Assembly: GCA_963727805.1 (NCBI GenBank) | Contig: CAVSHF010000005.1 | Location: 864,001 to 928,000 of the forward strand | Direction: 5' to 3' | Source: an uncultured Nitrospiraceae bacterium | Lineage (GTDB): Bacteria; Nitrospirota; Thermodesulfovibrionia; Thermodesulfovibrionales; Dissulfurispiraceae | Length of the DNA stretch: 64,000 bases | In this document: positions 37,739-49,040 of the stretch, piece after piece | How positions within the stretch are numbered: position 1 is the stretch's first letter | How the letters are laid out: each line of letters starts with the position of its first letter | Program-made: the position numbers and the translations under genes | The notes under the pieces: model-generated | Told to the model about the DNA's origin: nothing | Databases searched by the model: none | Seen by the model: only the letters and a program-made list of their open reading frames with translations

Positions 37739-38593
37739 TTATGCCCCTCCCCTGAAATGCCTCGTCAGGACCCGTTCGATATTCGAGACAATGCCGTCCT
37801 TTGCATTTATTATAAACACTTTAGGCAGCTCTATTCCGTCGCAAGCGATCTCGAAGAGTTCCTTCTCCATCCGTCTTACCGCCGGTGGCTCGCGAAAACG
37901 ATTCTTCAGCTCGTGTTCGAACATCGGTACGATCTTGTCCTTCATCCTCAACTCAGTATCCATAAAGAATATTGAAATCTCCGGCATCAGGTCGCCGACT
38001 CTGTCGAAAAAGGCGCTTATCTCGTTCTGATATACCTGCCTGGGCGGTGATGATTTGATCTCCATATAGAGGATGAACCCTTCAATCCTGGAGAGGAGGT
38101 CGTAGTCTCCGCCGACAACCCTGTGTCTGATCTTCACTCCCCAGACCGCCTCAGCTGAAAAATCCTTCCTAAAGATCTCTGCGACAAACCATTCGAGAGT
38201 ATTCCCAAAACTCCTGATCGGCCCTTTCAGAAGCCTGCATGAATCCCCCTCAGGCCTCACAATACCGATGTCTATGAGATAGCGAATATACTCTGCCGTG
38301 ACCTCTTTTGTAGCATAACGCGTTACTTGAGCAAGCGAGAATAATGGCTGGTGCTTGATGATGTCGCGTAGAAAGAGGCGAAACGAATACTTCCTAAGCA
38401 TTTCATAGTATCCATCGATGAATTGCTTCCCGGGGACCAGGAGGTCGTCGGACGGCTCCTTTTTGTAAATACTGATCCCCCGCCGCCTGAGAATGACCGG
38501 AAGCGATGGAGAGAGCCTGTTCAAGCGCTCCCTGAGCCGCTTGACCTCGTTTCTCAGCGCACGAATCTCTTCACTTTCCTGAAGGGCCTTCAT
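37739..38593 (-). CDS. Hypothetical protein with PD-(D/E)xK-like domain
   Basis: G.TLEWFV, GGDYDL..YMEIKSS. Confidence 0.65.
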   Translation of the reverse strand: MKALQESEEIRALRNEVKRLRERLNRLSPSLPVILRRRGISIYKKEPSDDLLVPGKQFIDGYYEMLRKYSFRLFLRDIIKHQPLFSLAQVTRYATKEVTAEYIRYLIDIGIVRPEGDSCRLLKGPIRSFGNTLEWFVAEIFRKDFSAEAVWGVKIRHRVVGGDYDLLSRIEGFILYMEIKSSPPRQVYQNEISAFFDRVGDLMPEISIFFMDTELRMKDKIVPMFEHELKNRFREPPAVRRMEKELFEIACDGIELPKVFIINAKDGIVSNIERVLTRHFRGGA

Positions 38594-38779
38594 ATCTTAT
38601 TGTAGCAATTATTGGGACCTTGAGAAAAGACTCAAATCATATACTATTACGTGTTGCACAATCGAATCCACAATTTGCCGAAATTTGAATTAATCTCCCC
38701 GCCATGATAAAATGAAACTCGTTTATTTGTGTGGCAATACGTATAAACTATTAACAATCAAGGGAAAACCATTACTAAT

Positions 38780-40024
38780 ATGCCGAATGTCATTCCTTTC
38801 AGAGGGCTTCTCTTCAATCGCGACAAGGTTTCTGGCGATAATGTCGTAGCTCCGCCGTATGATGTTATATCCCCAGAGTACAAAGAAGTGCTTTATACCA
38901 AAAGTCCCTACAATATCGTCCGCATCGACTTCGGGAAGGAGTTGCCTGAAGATACGAAAGAAAGTAACAAATATACGCGCGCCAAGGCTTTGCTCGATCA
39001 ATGGACACGTGAAAAAATTCTAGTAAAGGACAGGGAGCCTGCTTTCTATGCTTATGAGATGGATTATAACGTAATGGGCAAGAACAAGCGGCTTAAGGGC
39101 ATTTTCGCCCTCGTGAAGATCGTTGAACTAGGCAACGGCGTATATCCTCATGAAATGACTCACGCGAAGCCGAAGGCCGACCGACTAGACCTCATGAGAT
39201 ACTGCGAGGCAAATATAAGCCCTATATATAGTATTTATAACAGCCCTGAAAGATTGACATCAAAAGTCCTTGATGCGATTAGGAAGGAACCTTACCTGAC
39301 AGCAAAGGATGCCGACGGTGCAGTGCATAGGCTATTCAAAATTGCAGACAAGGTAAAGACGGGGCTGATTTCGAAGGACTTGCTCGACAAGGCCATATTC
39401 ATCGCCGATGGACACCACCGCTATGAGGTAGCCCTCGAATTCAAGAAAGAGATGGACCAAAAAACGCGCAGGACTGACGATGAGCCACGGCCGTGGGATT
39501 ATGTTCTCATGTTTCTCGCAAACATGTCGGACGAAGGGATCACCATTCTTCCCACTCATCGTATGGTCAAAGGCATTGCCGATAATGTGTCCATTCTGGA
39601 AAAACTTAAACCCGATTTTAAGATGAGGGAACTTCCTCTTGCTGCCGACATAACAAGCCAGATCTTCTCGGAAGGGGAGCACACCTTCGGTCTCTTTTTG
39701 AAAGCAGACCAGAAGTGGCACGTACTGACATACATGGGGGGCAAACTGAAAGACCTCCATCCGGCCCTCAATAATCTTGATGTTGTGGTGCTTCATGAGC
39801 TGATCCTTAAAAGAGACCTTGGCATTACCGAAGTTGCCTATGAAATGGACGTTATAGAAGCAATGAGAAAGGTGCACCGCGGCGATTTTGATGCCGTTTT
39901 TTTCCTCAATCCCACGGGGGTCGGAGCTATCGAGCTCGTAGCATCAGCTAATCTGCGGATGCCGCCGAAATCGACGTATTTCTATCCCAAGCTCTTGACC
40001 GGAATGGTCATCAACAAATTCTAA
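38780..40024 (+). CDS. DUF1015 family protein
   Basis: APPYDVI, PHE.T, IADGHHRY, MPPKSTYFYPK. Confidence 0.92.
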   Translation: MPNVIPFRGLLFNRDKVSGDNVVAPPYDVISPEYKEVLYTKSPYNIVRIDFGKELPEDTKESNKYTRAKALLDQWTREKILVKDREPAFYAYEMDYNVMGKNKRLKGIFALVKIVELGNGVYPHEMTHAKPKADRLDLMRYCEANISPIYSIYNSPERLTSKVLDAIRKEPYLTAKDADGAVHRLFKIADKVKTGLISKDLLDKAIFIADGHHRYEVALEFKKEMDQKTRRTDDEPRPWDYVLMFLANMSDEGITILPTHRMVKGIADNVSILEKLKPDFKMRELPLAADITSQIFSEGEHTFGLFLKADQKWHVLTYMGGKLKDLHPALNNLDVVVLHELILKRDLGITEVAYEMDVIEAMRKVHRGDFDAVFFLNPTGVGAIELVASANLRMPPKSTYFYPKLLTGMVINKF

Positions 40025-41050
<1,026 letters not shown>

Positions 41051-41052
41051 TC

Positions 41053-42282
41053 ATGGCGCGTAAGAACAGTATATCGCCTGCAGTAGGAGATATACTTGGT
41101 AAAATGACGATTGAAGATCTTCCTATCAAAGGGAAACGAGTCTTTATCAGGGTCGACTTCAATGTGCCCATCGACACCAATATGGGCATCACCGACGACC
41201 GCAGGATTAGGTCCGCACTTCCTACCATCAACTATGCTATCGATGAGGGTGCAAAGGTAATCCTCGCATCACATCTTGGGAGACCCAAGGGCAAAGTTGA
41301 TCCCCGCTACAGTATTGCGCCCGTAGCAAAGAGGCTGCAGCGTCTCCTGAACAAAGAGGTGTTCTTCGCACCCGACAGCGTCGGACCCCAGGTTGAAAGC
41401 ATAGTCGCAAAGATGAAGGATGGGGATGTTCTTCTCCTTGAGAACCTCCGTTTCCATGTTGAGGAGGAAAAGAATGATGAGAATTATGCGAAATTACTTT
41501 CTAGACTCGCGGATTTTTATGTAAATGATGCCTTCGGGGCGGCTCACCGGGCGCACGCTTCGACGGTAGGGATCACAAAATTTCTTCCATCGGCGGCCGG
41601 CTTTCTCATGAAAAAAGAGATCGAATACCTGAAGGGTGTTGTCGAAAACCCCGTAAGACCCTTTGTGGCTATACTCGGCGGATCGAAAGTCTCCGGCAAG
41701 ATCGGAGTGCTTCAACACCTCGCCGACAAGGTTGACAAGGTCATCGTAGGCGGCGGCATGGCCTATACCTTTATCAAAGCAATGGACTACGAGATCGGCG
41801 ACTCGCTCCTAGAGGCCGAGATGCTCGGCTTCGCCAAAGAAACGATAGAGCAGTTGAAGAAGAACAAGGTGAAATTCTATCTCCCCGTCGACAGTGTTGT
41901 CGCACAGACGATCGAACGCGGCGCCGAAACGAAGATCGTCACCACGCAGGAAATCCCTAAGGGCTGGAAGGCCCTCGATATCGGTCCGGCATCGGTGAAG
42001 CTCTTTTCAGAGGCGATCCAGGATGCTAAAACGATCATATGGAACGGGCCGATGGGCGTTTTTGAGATAGACGCTTTTTCACGAGGGACGTATGCGATCG
42101 CCCATGCGGTTGCTGATGCCTACGCCCTTACGATCGTGGGCGGAGGGGATACGGACTACGCGGTGCACAAGGCGGGGGTCAGCGATACGATCACCTTCAT
42201 CTCCACGGGCGGCGGCGCATCACTTCAGCTACTTGAAGGAAAAGACCTGCCGGGAATATCGGCGTTGAGCAACAAACAATAA
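41053..42282 (+). CDS. pgk: Phosphoglycerate kinase
   Basis: RVDFNVP, SHLGRP, LENLRF, NDAFG..HR, STGGGA. Confidence 0.98.
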   Translation: MARKNSISPAVGDILGKMTIEDLPIKGKRVFIRVDFNVPIDTNMGITDDRRIRSALPTINYAIDEGAKVILASHLGRPKGKVDPRYSIAPVAKRLQRLLNKEVFFAPDSVGPQVESIVAKMKDGDVLLLENLRFHVEEEKNDENYAKLLSRLADFYVNDAFGAAHRAHASTVGITKFLPSAAGFLMKKEIEYLKGVVENPVRPFVAILGGSKVSGKIGVLQHLADKVDKVIVGGGMAYTFIKAMDYEIGDSLLEAEMLGFAKETIEQLKKNKVKFYLPVDSVVAQTIERGAETKIVTTQEIPKGWKALDIGPASVKLFSEAIQDAKTIIWNGPMGVFEIDAFSRGTYAIAHAVADAYALTIVGGGDTDYAVHKAGVSDTITFISTGGGASLQLLEGKDLPGISALSNKQ

Positions 42283-42307
42283 TAGTCGAGGGTTAATAAA
42301 ATATGAG

Positions 42308-42340
42308 GGAGGCTCGGGTAGTCCCCAGGGCCTCCCTTTT
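42308..42340 (+). terminator. Intrinsic terminator after pgk
   Basis: GGGAGGC...GCCTCCC followed by TTTT. Confidence 0.6.
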
Positions 42341-42480
42341 CTCCAACTGGCAATTATCAAAATTCACAGTCCGAGAATATGACTCTGCTGCCTTCGAAGT
42401 TTCCTTATTTGAATTTAAACTGAATTGATCTCCCAGGGCGAACGGCCTGTTCTATCAATCCGCATAGGCTGGGTCAACCC

Positions 42481-42888
42481 TCAGGAGAGCACTTCCACAA
42501 TCTCTTCGCATACCTTATGAGGAAGTTTTTCGTTATCAAATGAAAGGATTCCTCTCTTCATCTCGACGACGGACGGAGTTTTGCTCTCGAACCGCTTGAT
42601 AAGGTATTGAGCGGCAACCTCGGGCTTGATGACGTCTCCACAGGTAAATATGTCGACTGCGGCATAAGAATATTCGGGCCAGGTATGGATGGAGAGATGT
42701 GATTCGGCGATAACCACCATTCCGCTGATCCCGAAAGGATTGAATTCATGGAATGATACGTCGATAATAGTCGCTTTCGCCTCTTTAGCGGCTGAGACCA
42801 AAGCTCCCTTCACCTTGTTCAGGTCTTTAAGAATCTCGGGATTACAGTCCCTCAACTCTACCAATAGATGGGTACCTAAAGCATACAA
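42481..42888 (-). CDS. speD: S-adenosylmethionine decarboxylase proenzyme
   Basis: IAESHLSIHTWPE, DIFTCG. Confidence 0.95.
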   Translation of the reverse strand: MYALGTHLLVELRDCNPEILKDLNKVKGALVSAAKEAKATIIDVSFHEFNPFGISGMVVIAESHLSIHTWPEYSYAAVDIFTCGDVIKPEVAAQYLIKRFESKTPSVVEMKRGILSFDNEKLPHKVCEEIVEVLS

Positions 42889-43947
42889 TTTCTTACCCCC
42901 CCTCAGTAAAGAATTGAAGAAAGAACAATCGCTCTTAAGCTTTAAATATTAAGGTAATTGGCACTTTATTGTCAAGATAATTATCGTCTCGGCTGCCGTA
43001 CCGCAGCCATCGAATAATAAAGCTGAGACAAAATGCATTGACACTTCCCCGAGAAAACTACAAATGATTTGCTATCTGTACATCCCGAAGGTCAGGACGG
43101 TGCAACATACACGGACTGCGGAAACAGCGCTGGGAAAGCAATCGAAGGCAGGGGTTGATACCCAATCTTATTAAGGCTCCGGCAGAATCGCTCGGTGAGA
43201 GCGGCCTTTCTGTCAGCACTATGCATTTCTTCAACCCAAAGTTGGAAATCGATGTCGAAATTATCCTCGGCAGTGATATCATTGGGAGACGCAACTGGGT
43301 GCGGCATGATCAGAACAGTAATAGGCATGGGTTCTTGTTTAGCATCCGCCCCTCTATTCATTACCAATCGATCAAGAAATATGTCTCAGCGCGAGTTCAG
43401 AAGGGACCGCCTTGGACAGAAATAATATTCTTATGGTCGATCCCGATCCTGATCAAGAGCAGGATATACTAGGGGAAGCTTATCAGAACGGTTCATTGTA
43501 ATCGAGGATGCTGAGGGGGGGAGTTCCTCAGCAGCATGCAGGAGAGAGATATCGGCCTTGTACTCATGGACTTTTAGTGAGCGGGCTTGATATTATTGTC
43601 TGCATCAGGAAGATCCCGCTGTGGATTGGCATGCCTATTATCATTAAATTAGTGTCAAAAATATCCTCCATGCTATCAACAAGGCAAAAACTGCTGGAGT
43701 AAACAAAGTCCTTTTCAGGATGATTACACCCTCCTCTATAAAATTGAGTGGCATGATTGAGAAATACTTCAATGCAGAATTTGATGCTCAAAGCGGCAGA
43801 AGGCCCTTCTTCAAAAAGCTAGAAGCTTGGCAGCTCTAAAATCCTCTTTAGTCCACAAGTTGTGTGCCTGACGCTTTTGCCAGTCAGTTATCTACTATGC
43901 TATGATGACTAATTCTATAGATGTTCCATAAACTTTGGAGGTGTTTG

Positions 43948-44724
43948 ATGCGAAAGATCTTTAGTTTGTTTGTATTAGCAGTGCTGGTTTTCGCCACCCA
44001 GGCTTGCGCCTTGTCCGAGAAGGAGCATGACAAGAAAGCTCATGACTGTGCGGCGTGTCATATCCTAAAAAATGAAGAGGCTGCCGTAATCCTGAAAGAT
44101 GTTGCTCCCGATCTAAAAATATTGAGTGTAAGCCAAGGACCGGTCAAAGGCCTCTGGGAGGTCTTCCTCCAAGCGGGCGGACGCAAGGCAGTCGTATATA
44201 TCGATTATTCGAAAAAGAACTTTTTCAGCGGTGCTATCATCGAAATAAATGGGAAGAAGAACCTGACCCAGGAAAAATTCGACGAGTTGAATAAAATCGA
44301 CGTTTCAAAGATACCGTTGGATGGTGCACTCGTGATGGGAGATAAAAACGCAAAATACAAGGTCATTGTCTTCAGTGATCCTGATTGCCCTTACTGCGGT
44401 AAGCTCCATCAGGAGATGAAGAAGGTAGTCGAAAAGAGAAAGGACATCTCATTTTTCATCAAGCTCATCCCTCTCCCTATGCATCCGGATGCCGGCTGGA
44501 AGGCAAAGAGCATACTCTGCAAAAAGTCCCTACAGCTTCTCGAAGACAATTTCGATGGCAAGCAGATTCCGAAAATAGAGTGTGACACAAAAGCAATTGA
44601 AGACAATACAAAGCTTGCCGGTGAAATCGGCATCTCAGGCACGCCGGCTCTCGTGCTTCCTAACGGGAGGATCGTACCAGGGGTTCGTGAAGCAGACGCG
44701 CTTATCGAGCTGATCACAAAGTAA
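43948..44724 (+). CDS. dsbC: DsbC-type thiol:disulfide isomerase
   Basis: Signal peptide, FSDPDCPYC, GTP cis-Pro. Confidence 0.85.
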   Translation: MRKIFSLFVLAVLVFATQACALSEKEHDKKAHDCAACHILKNEEAAVILKDVAPDLKILSVSQGPVKGLWEVFLQAGGRKAVVYIDYSKKNFFSGAIIEINGKKNLTQEKFDELNKIDVSKIPLDGALVMGDKNAKYKVIVFSDPDCPYCGKLHQEMKKVVEKRKDISFFIKLIPLPMHPDAGWKAKSILCKKSLQLLEDNFDGKQIPKIECDTKAIEDNTKLAGEIGISGTPALVLPNGRIVPGVREADALIELITK

Positions 44725-44833
44725 TCAGGCTTTTATCATCTAGGAGGGGAAGCGTCTGGTACGCCTCCCCTCTGTTATTTCAGCCATATCCAACTCATGC
44801 TTTTTAGGTAAGTAATGATAAAATAAGAGCGCT

Positions 44834-45536
44834 ATGGAATGGTTACATCTGGATGACCTGGCGAAGCTTGCACTTGCGACCCTCACGGGGGCCGCTATCG
44901 GTTTTGAGAGAGAGGCTCACGGCCAAGCGGCAGGACTAAGGACTAATAATCCTTGTCTGTACCGGCGCCTGCCTGATGATGCTCCTGTCCCTCCACATGG
45001 AAGAAATGTACCGCACTGTCGGCGTCACAGAGTCGGTGGTCCGACTCGATCCGGGCAGGATTGCCTCATACGCCATCGCAAGCATGGGCTTCCTCGGCGC
45101 AGGAGCGATCATCAAAGGCAAGGGGACAATAAAGGGCCTTACTACTGCAGCAGGGCTTTGGCTCGTGACGGGCGTCGGCCTCTCTATTGGCGCTGAGTTT
45201 ATCATGCCGGCAGTTTTTACTACCGTCATCAGCCTTATCTTTCTTTACGGACTGCGCAGGCTGAAGATCGTTCTTCCTCGCACCGAATTCATCGTCCTCA
45301 CTATCAGGTGCAGCGGCATCTGCAACCCCATTGAGCGGATTAGAGAGGTCATCTCTGAATATCGTTACGTAACGGTGCATTTTATCAATTACACGAATGA
45401 AATAAAAAGACTGAATTTCGCTTATCGCATTCGAATCTCCCACAGGGCGCAGGTCCGTTTCGAGGACATCACCGATAAACTTGCTACTATTGAATGTATC
45501 GACGAGATCAGATGGGAGGAGAGTGACATCCCCTGA
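44834..45536 (+). pseudogene. MgtC/SapB family protein with +1 frameshift near 44,947
   Basis: IGFERE..G.AAGLRT in one frame continues as ILVCTGACL..DPGRIA..GFLGAG..GLTTAAGLW in another; may be a sequencing indel. Confidence 0.8.
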
Positions 45537-45667
45537 ATTCGTTCCATCCATGGATATTGACTCTCTGCCTTTCCCAGTTGTTTCCTCATCGAATCAGTTT
45601 GCATTGAAGCCCATTATTTGTTAAAGTAGCATTAAATGAGTTACTACATTATAGGAGGTACGTTACA

Positions 45668-46207
45668 ATGAAGCGCTTCTTTATGTGTGTTGTTGTCGTG
45701 TTAATGTTTGCCTCACTGATTGGGTGCGCCCAGAAACAGATTGCCCAGCCCGAACAGCCTGCTGTAAAGCCTGCTGAGACTGCGCCTTCGAAGGCTGAGC
45801 CGGTCACCGAAAAGCAGCAACCAATGGTTAAGCAGGAAGAAATGACGGCTTCGGCAAAGGAAATTGAGGCAAAAGTCAAAGACGTTTATTTCGCCTTCGA
45901 CAAATATGATCTAGACGATTCGGCAAAAACAACCCTCAAAGGCCTTGCCGCCATGCTGGGAAAGAGAAATACCAAGGTCATCATAGAAGGCAATTGTGAC
46001 GAGAGGGGCACAAAAGAGTATAACCTCGCACTTGGAGACAAAAGGGCAAATGCGGCTAAGCAGTACCTAGTTTCCCTCGGTATACCTTCAGCAAAGCTTG
46101 ACACCATCAGCTACGGCAAAGAAAAGCCAGTATGCACCGAGAGCACTGAGGATTGCTGGGCTAAAAACAGAAGGGACCACTTCGTACTCGTTGAGGGAGG
46201 CCGTTAA
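45668..46207 (+). CDS. pal: Peptidoglycan-associated lipoprotein
   Basis: Lipobox LIGC; YFAFDK, EGNCDERGT.EYN.ALG..RA, SYGKEKP, KNRR. Confidence 0.95.
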   Translation: MKRFFMCVVVVLMFASLIGCAQKQIAQPEQPAVKPAETAPSKAEPVTEKQQPMVKQEEMTASAKEIEAKVKDVYFAFDKYDLDDSAKTTLKGLAAMLGKRNTKVIIEGNCDERGTKEYNLALGDKRANAAKQYLVSLGIPSAKLDTISYGKEKPVCTESTEDCWAKNRRDHFVLVEGGR

Positions 46208-46209
46208 CG

Positions 46210-47166
46210 ATGAATAGACGCCGGGAAACAGGAACGGTTGTTTCAGGTAGGAGGCCCTCACCGCTTCAGGCAACCTTTCGCCGTCTCCTGCTTCCCTTGT
46301 TGTCTCTCGTTGCGCTGTCCCTATTCGGCTGTGCAACCGGTTCCGAAATGGAAACTACCAAGAGCAACCTTGCTCAACTGCAGGTCCAGTCTGTGAATCG
46401 CGATAGGGATATTGCCCAAATAAGGGACCAGATTGCGGCAATATCAAAAGACCTGAATACTCTCACGGCGATCAAGGAGAGTCAGTCAACCCTGCTTACA
46501 CAAGTGAGCGATTATTCGAAGGAATTGCAATCACTCAGAGGCCGTTTCGACGAAAATAAATATTTCATTGATAAGACGATCAAAGATCTCACTTCTGAGA
46601 TGGACCTCGAAAAGGCCAGGACTTTGGCACTCGAAAATGAGTTGAAAGGGATCAAGACATCGGTGCCGGTCAAGGAGGCGCCGAAAGCTGTCGACCAAGG
46701 TGGAGAAAAAGCCCTTGCTGTTACTACGGAGTCGGCACCCACGGGCCCGGATGATGCAGCGAAGCTTTATGATGAGGCCCATATTGCTCTTAAGGAAAAG
46801 AAATACGCCGAGGCTAGAAAGATGTTTGAACGCTTTGTAAAGGGATATCCCAAAGAGGCCCTTACTGCAAACTCGTATTTCTGGATAGGAGAAACCTATT
46901 ATTCGGAGAAGAAATATGAAGACGCCATCCTCGCCTATGAAGATTTTCTAAAGAAATACCCCAACCATGAGAAGGCGCGCGCGGCCATGCTCAAGCAGGG
47001 GTTCTCATTCCTCGAACTCGGAGACAAAAAAACAGGCAAGGTGATCCTTGAAACGCTCATAGAGAAGTACCCCAAGTCCAAAGAGGCTGACCTGGCCCAG
47101 AAGAAACTCAAGGAAATCTCAAAATCAACCTCGACTCCCACTCCCAAGTCGAAGAAAAAGAAGTAA
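46210..47166 (+). CDS. cpoB: Tol-Pal system protein CpoB/YbgF
   Basis: Follows pal; lipobox, coiled coil, TPRs (YFWIGETYY). Confidence 0.85.
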   Translation: MNRRRETGTVVSGRRPSPLQATFRRLLLPLLSLVALSLFGCATGSEMETTKSNLAQLQVQSVNRDRDIAQIRDQIAAISKDLNTLTAIKESQSTLLTQVSDYSKELQSLRGRFDENKYFIDKTIKDLTSEMDLEKARTLALENELKGIKTSVPVKEAPKAVDQGGEKALAVTTESAPTGPDDAAKLYDEAHIALKEKKYAEARKMFERFVKGYPKEALTANSYFWIGETYYSEKKYEDAILAYEDFLKKYPNHEKARAAMLKQGFSFLELGDKKTGKVILETLIEKYPKSKEADLAQKKLKEISKSTSTPTPKSKKKK

Positions 47167-47239
47167 TAATCTCTCTGACGGCACATCGAAGCGTGACCGG
47201 GTATTGTCAAACCTATCGTGATCGCGCAATAATAAGGCG

Positions 47240-48226
47240 ATGAACGAGATCAGAGACCCATTCGCACGCATCATCGATTATATGAGGATATCTATAATCG
47301 ATCGCTGCAATCTGAGATGCATTTACTGCATGCCTGAAGCCGGCATTACCCCTCTCGATCACGAGCTCATTCTTAAATATGAGGAGATCATTAGGATCGT
47401 GAAGGTTGCCGCCAACCTCGGCGTCAAAAAAATCAGGCTTACCGGAGGGGAACCACTGATACGGCGGAACCTCCCATATCTCATCTCATCGCTTGCAGAC
47501 ATCCACGGAATCGAAGACATAAGTCTTACAACGAACGGTATCCGCCTCAAGAATCTGGCAGTCACCCTTGCTGATGCCGGTCTCAGGAGAGTGAATGTGA
47601 GCCTCGATTCCTTGCAGCCAGACCGGTACCGAGAGATTACCAGGGGCGGCGCCCTAAGCGAGGCCATGGAGGGAATTGCAGCGGCAGAACAGGCAGGCCT
47701 TCACCCAGTAAAAATTAATATGGTTCCGATACGAGGATTTAACGACGATGAAATCGAAGACTTTGCGAGATTAACATTGACCAGGTCTATCCATGTGCGG
47801 TTCATCGAATTTATGCCGATCGGTGCCACCGAGTTTTGGAACGAAGACAAATATCTCTCCACCGAAGAAATCAAAAAACGCGTCGATCGAATTGCCCACC
47901 TCATGCCGGTAAAGGTACGCCGAAACGGTCCAGCGCGTTACTTCAGCTTTGAAGGCGCGCCCGGCGTGGTTGGATTTATCAGCGCCCTGACGCACCACTT
48001 CTGTGATTCCTGCAACCGTCTGAGATTAACCTCTGACGGCAAGCTGAGGCCCTGCCTTTTTTCAGAAACCGAGATCGACCTGAAATCGGCTCTGCGCTGC
48101 GGAGCATCGGACAAAGAGATTGAACGTCTGCTACGGCTCGCCATAGAGATCAAACCCGACAGTCATACCCTGTCAAAAGAAAAAAGCTTCGTCCATTTAA
48201 AACCAATGTCTAAGATCGGCGGATAG
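47240..48226 (+). CDS. moaA: GTP 3',8-cyclase
   Basis: CNLRCIYC, LTGGEP, FCDSCNRLR, C-terminal IGG. Confidence 0.97.
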   Translation: MNEIRDPFARIIDYMRISIIDRCNLRCIYCMPEAGITPLDHELILKYEEIIRIVKVAANLGVKKIRLTGGEPLIRRNLPYLISSLADIHGIEDISLTTNGIRLKNLAVTLADAGLRRVNVSLDSLQPDRYREITRGGALSEAMEGIAAAEQAGLHPVKINMVPIRGFNDDEIEDFARLTLTRSIHVRFIEFMPIGATEFWNEDKYLSTEEIKKRVDRIAHLMPVKVRRNGPARYFSFEGAPGVVGFISALTHHFCDSCNRLRLTSDGKLRPCLFSETEIDLKSALRCGASDKEIERLLRLAIEIKPDSHTLSKEKSFVHLKPMSKIGG

Positions 48227-48227
48227 C

Positions 48228-49007
48228 GTGTCCGGCAAGATCCCTCTTTCTGTCGCGATCGTTACAAGAAACGAAGAACGCAATATTGGGGACGCCCTTG
48301 AAAGCGTCAGGGATTTCGATGATATCGTGGTCATCGACGCATTTAGCGAGGACCGGACCGTCGAGATATGCAGGAACTACACAGACCGCGTATATCAACA
48401 CGAATGGCCAGGGTTCTCACGCCAAAAGCAGAGAGCCGTCGATTACGCAAAAAATGCCTGGATTCTGATTCTCGACGCTGATGAGCGAGTGACTCCTGAG
48501 TTGAAAGATGAAATGATGGAGGAAATATCCGATGGTGAATGCAGTGGATTTTATATCCCGAGGAAAAACTATTTCCTCGGCAAGTGGATACACCACAGCG
48601 GCTGGTGGCCGGATTATACGCTGAGGATCTTCAGAAAAGATTCTGCTCGTGTCGAACCGCGTGAAGTGCACGAAAAGATCCTTGTCCATGGGGTCACGAA
48701 GCATCTAAAAAGCCCGCTTCAGCACTACACCTACCGGACACTCAGCGATTACATGAAAAAGATGGAGACCTACTCGACTCTTGCAGCCAAGGAGATCGTT
48801 CGGCAAAAAGGACGGCCCTCCCCGCTCTCTCTCTTGCTCAACCCTCTGGCCGTCTTTGTGAAAATGTACTTCCTCCGGCAGGGATTCCGAGATGGCATCC
48901 ATGGCTTCATGCTTGCCATGCTCTATGCCTTTCAGACCTTTCTCAAGTATGCAAAAGCCCTGGAAAATGACTTGACCCTTGCTTCCTCCATAGACAAAAG
49001 TCCTTGA
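48228..49007 (+). CDS. GT2 glycosyltransferase (WaaE/KdtX-like)
   Basis: NEE.NI, LDADE, VHE, GFRDG. Confidence 0.9.
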   Translation: MSGKIPLSVAIVTRNEERNIGDALESVRDFDDIVVIDAFSEDRTVEICRNYTDRVYQHEWPGFSRQKQRAVDYAKNAWILILDADERVTPELKDEMMEEISDGECSGFYIPRKNYFLGKWIHHSGWWPDYTLRIFRKDSARVEPREVHEKILVHGVTKHLKSPLQHYTYRTLSDYMKKMETYSTLAAKEIVRQKGRPSPLSLLLNPLAVFVKMYFLRQGFRDGIHGFMLAMLYAFQTFLKYAKALENDLTLASSIDKSP

Positions 49008-49040
49008 CATTGCTTTTAACAATCGTTTCTAATAGTAGTC

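Noticed and set aside
43058..43791. Short ORFs between speD and dsbC (possible PilZ-like remnant at 43155-43472)
   Set aside because: No clear RBS or motifs; cannot support a call.
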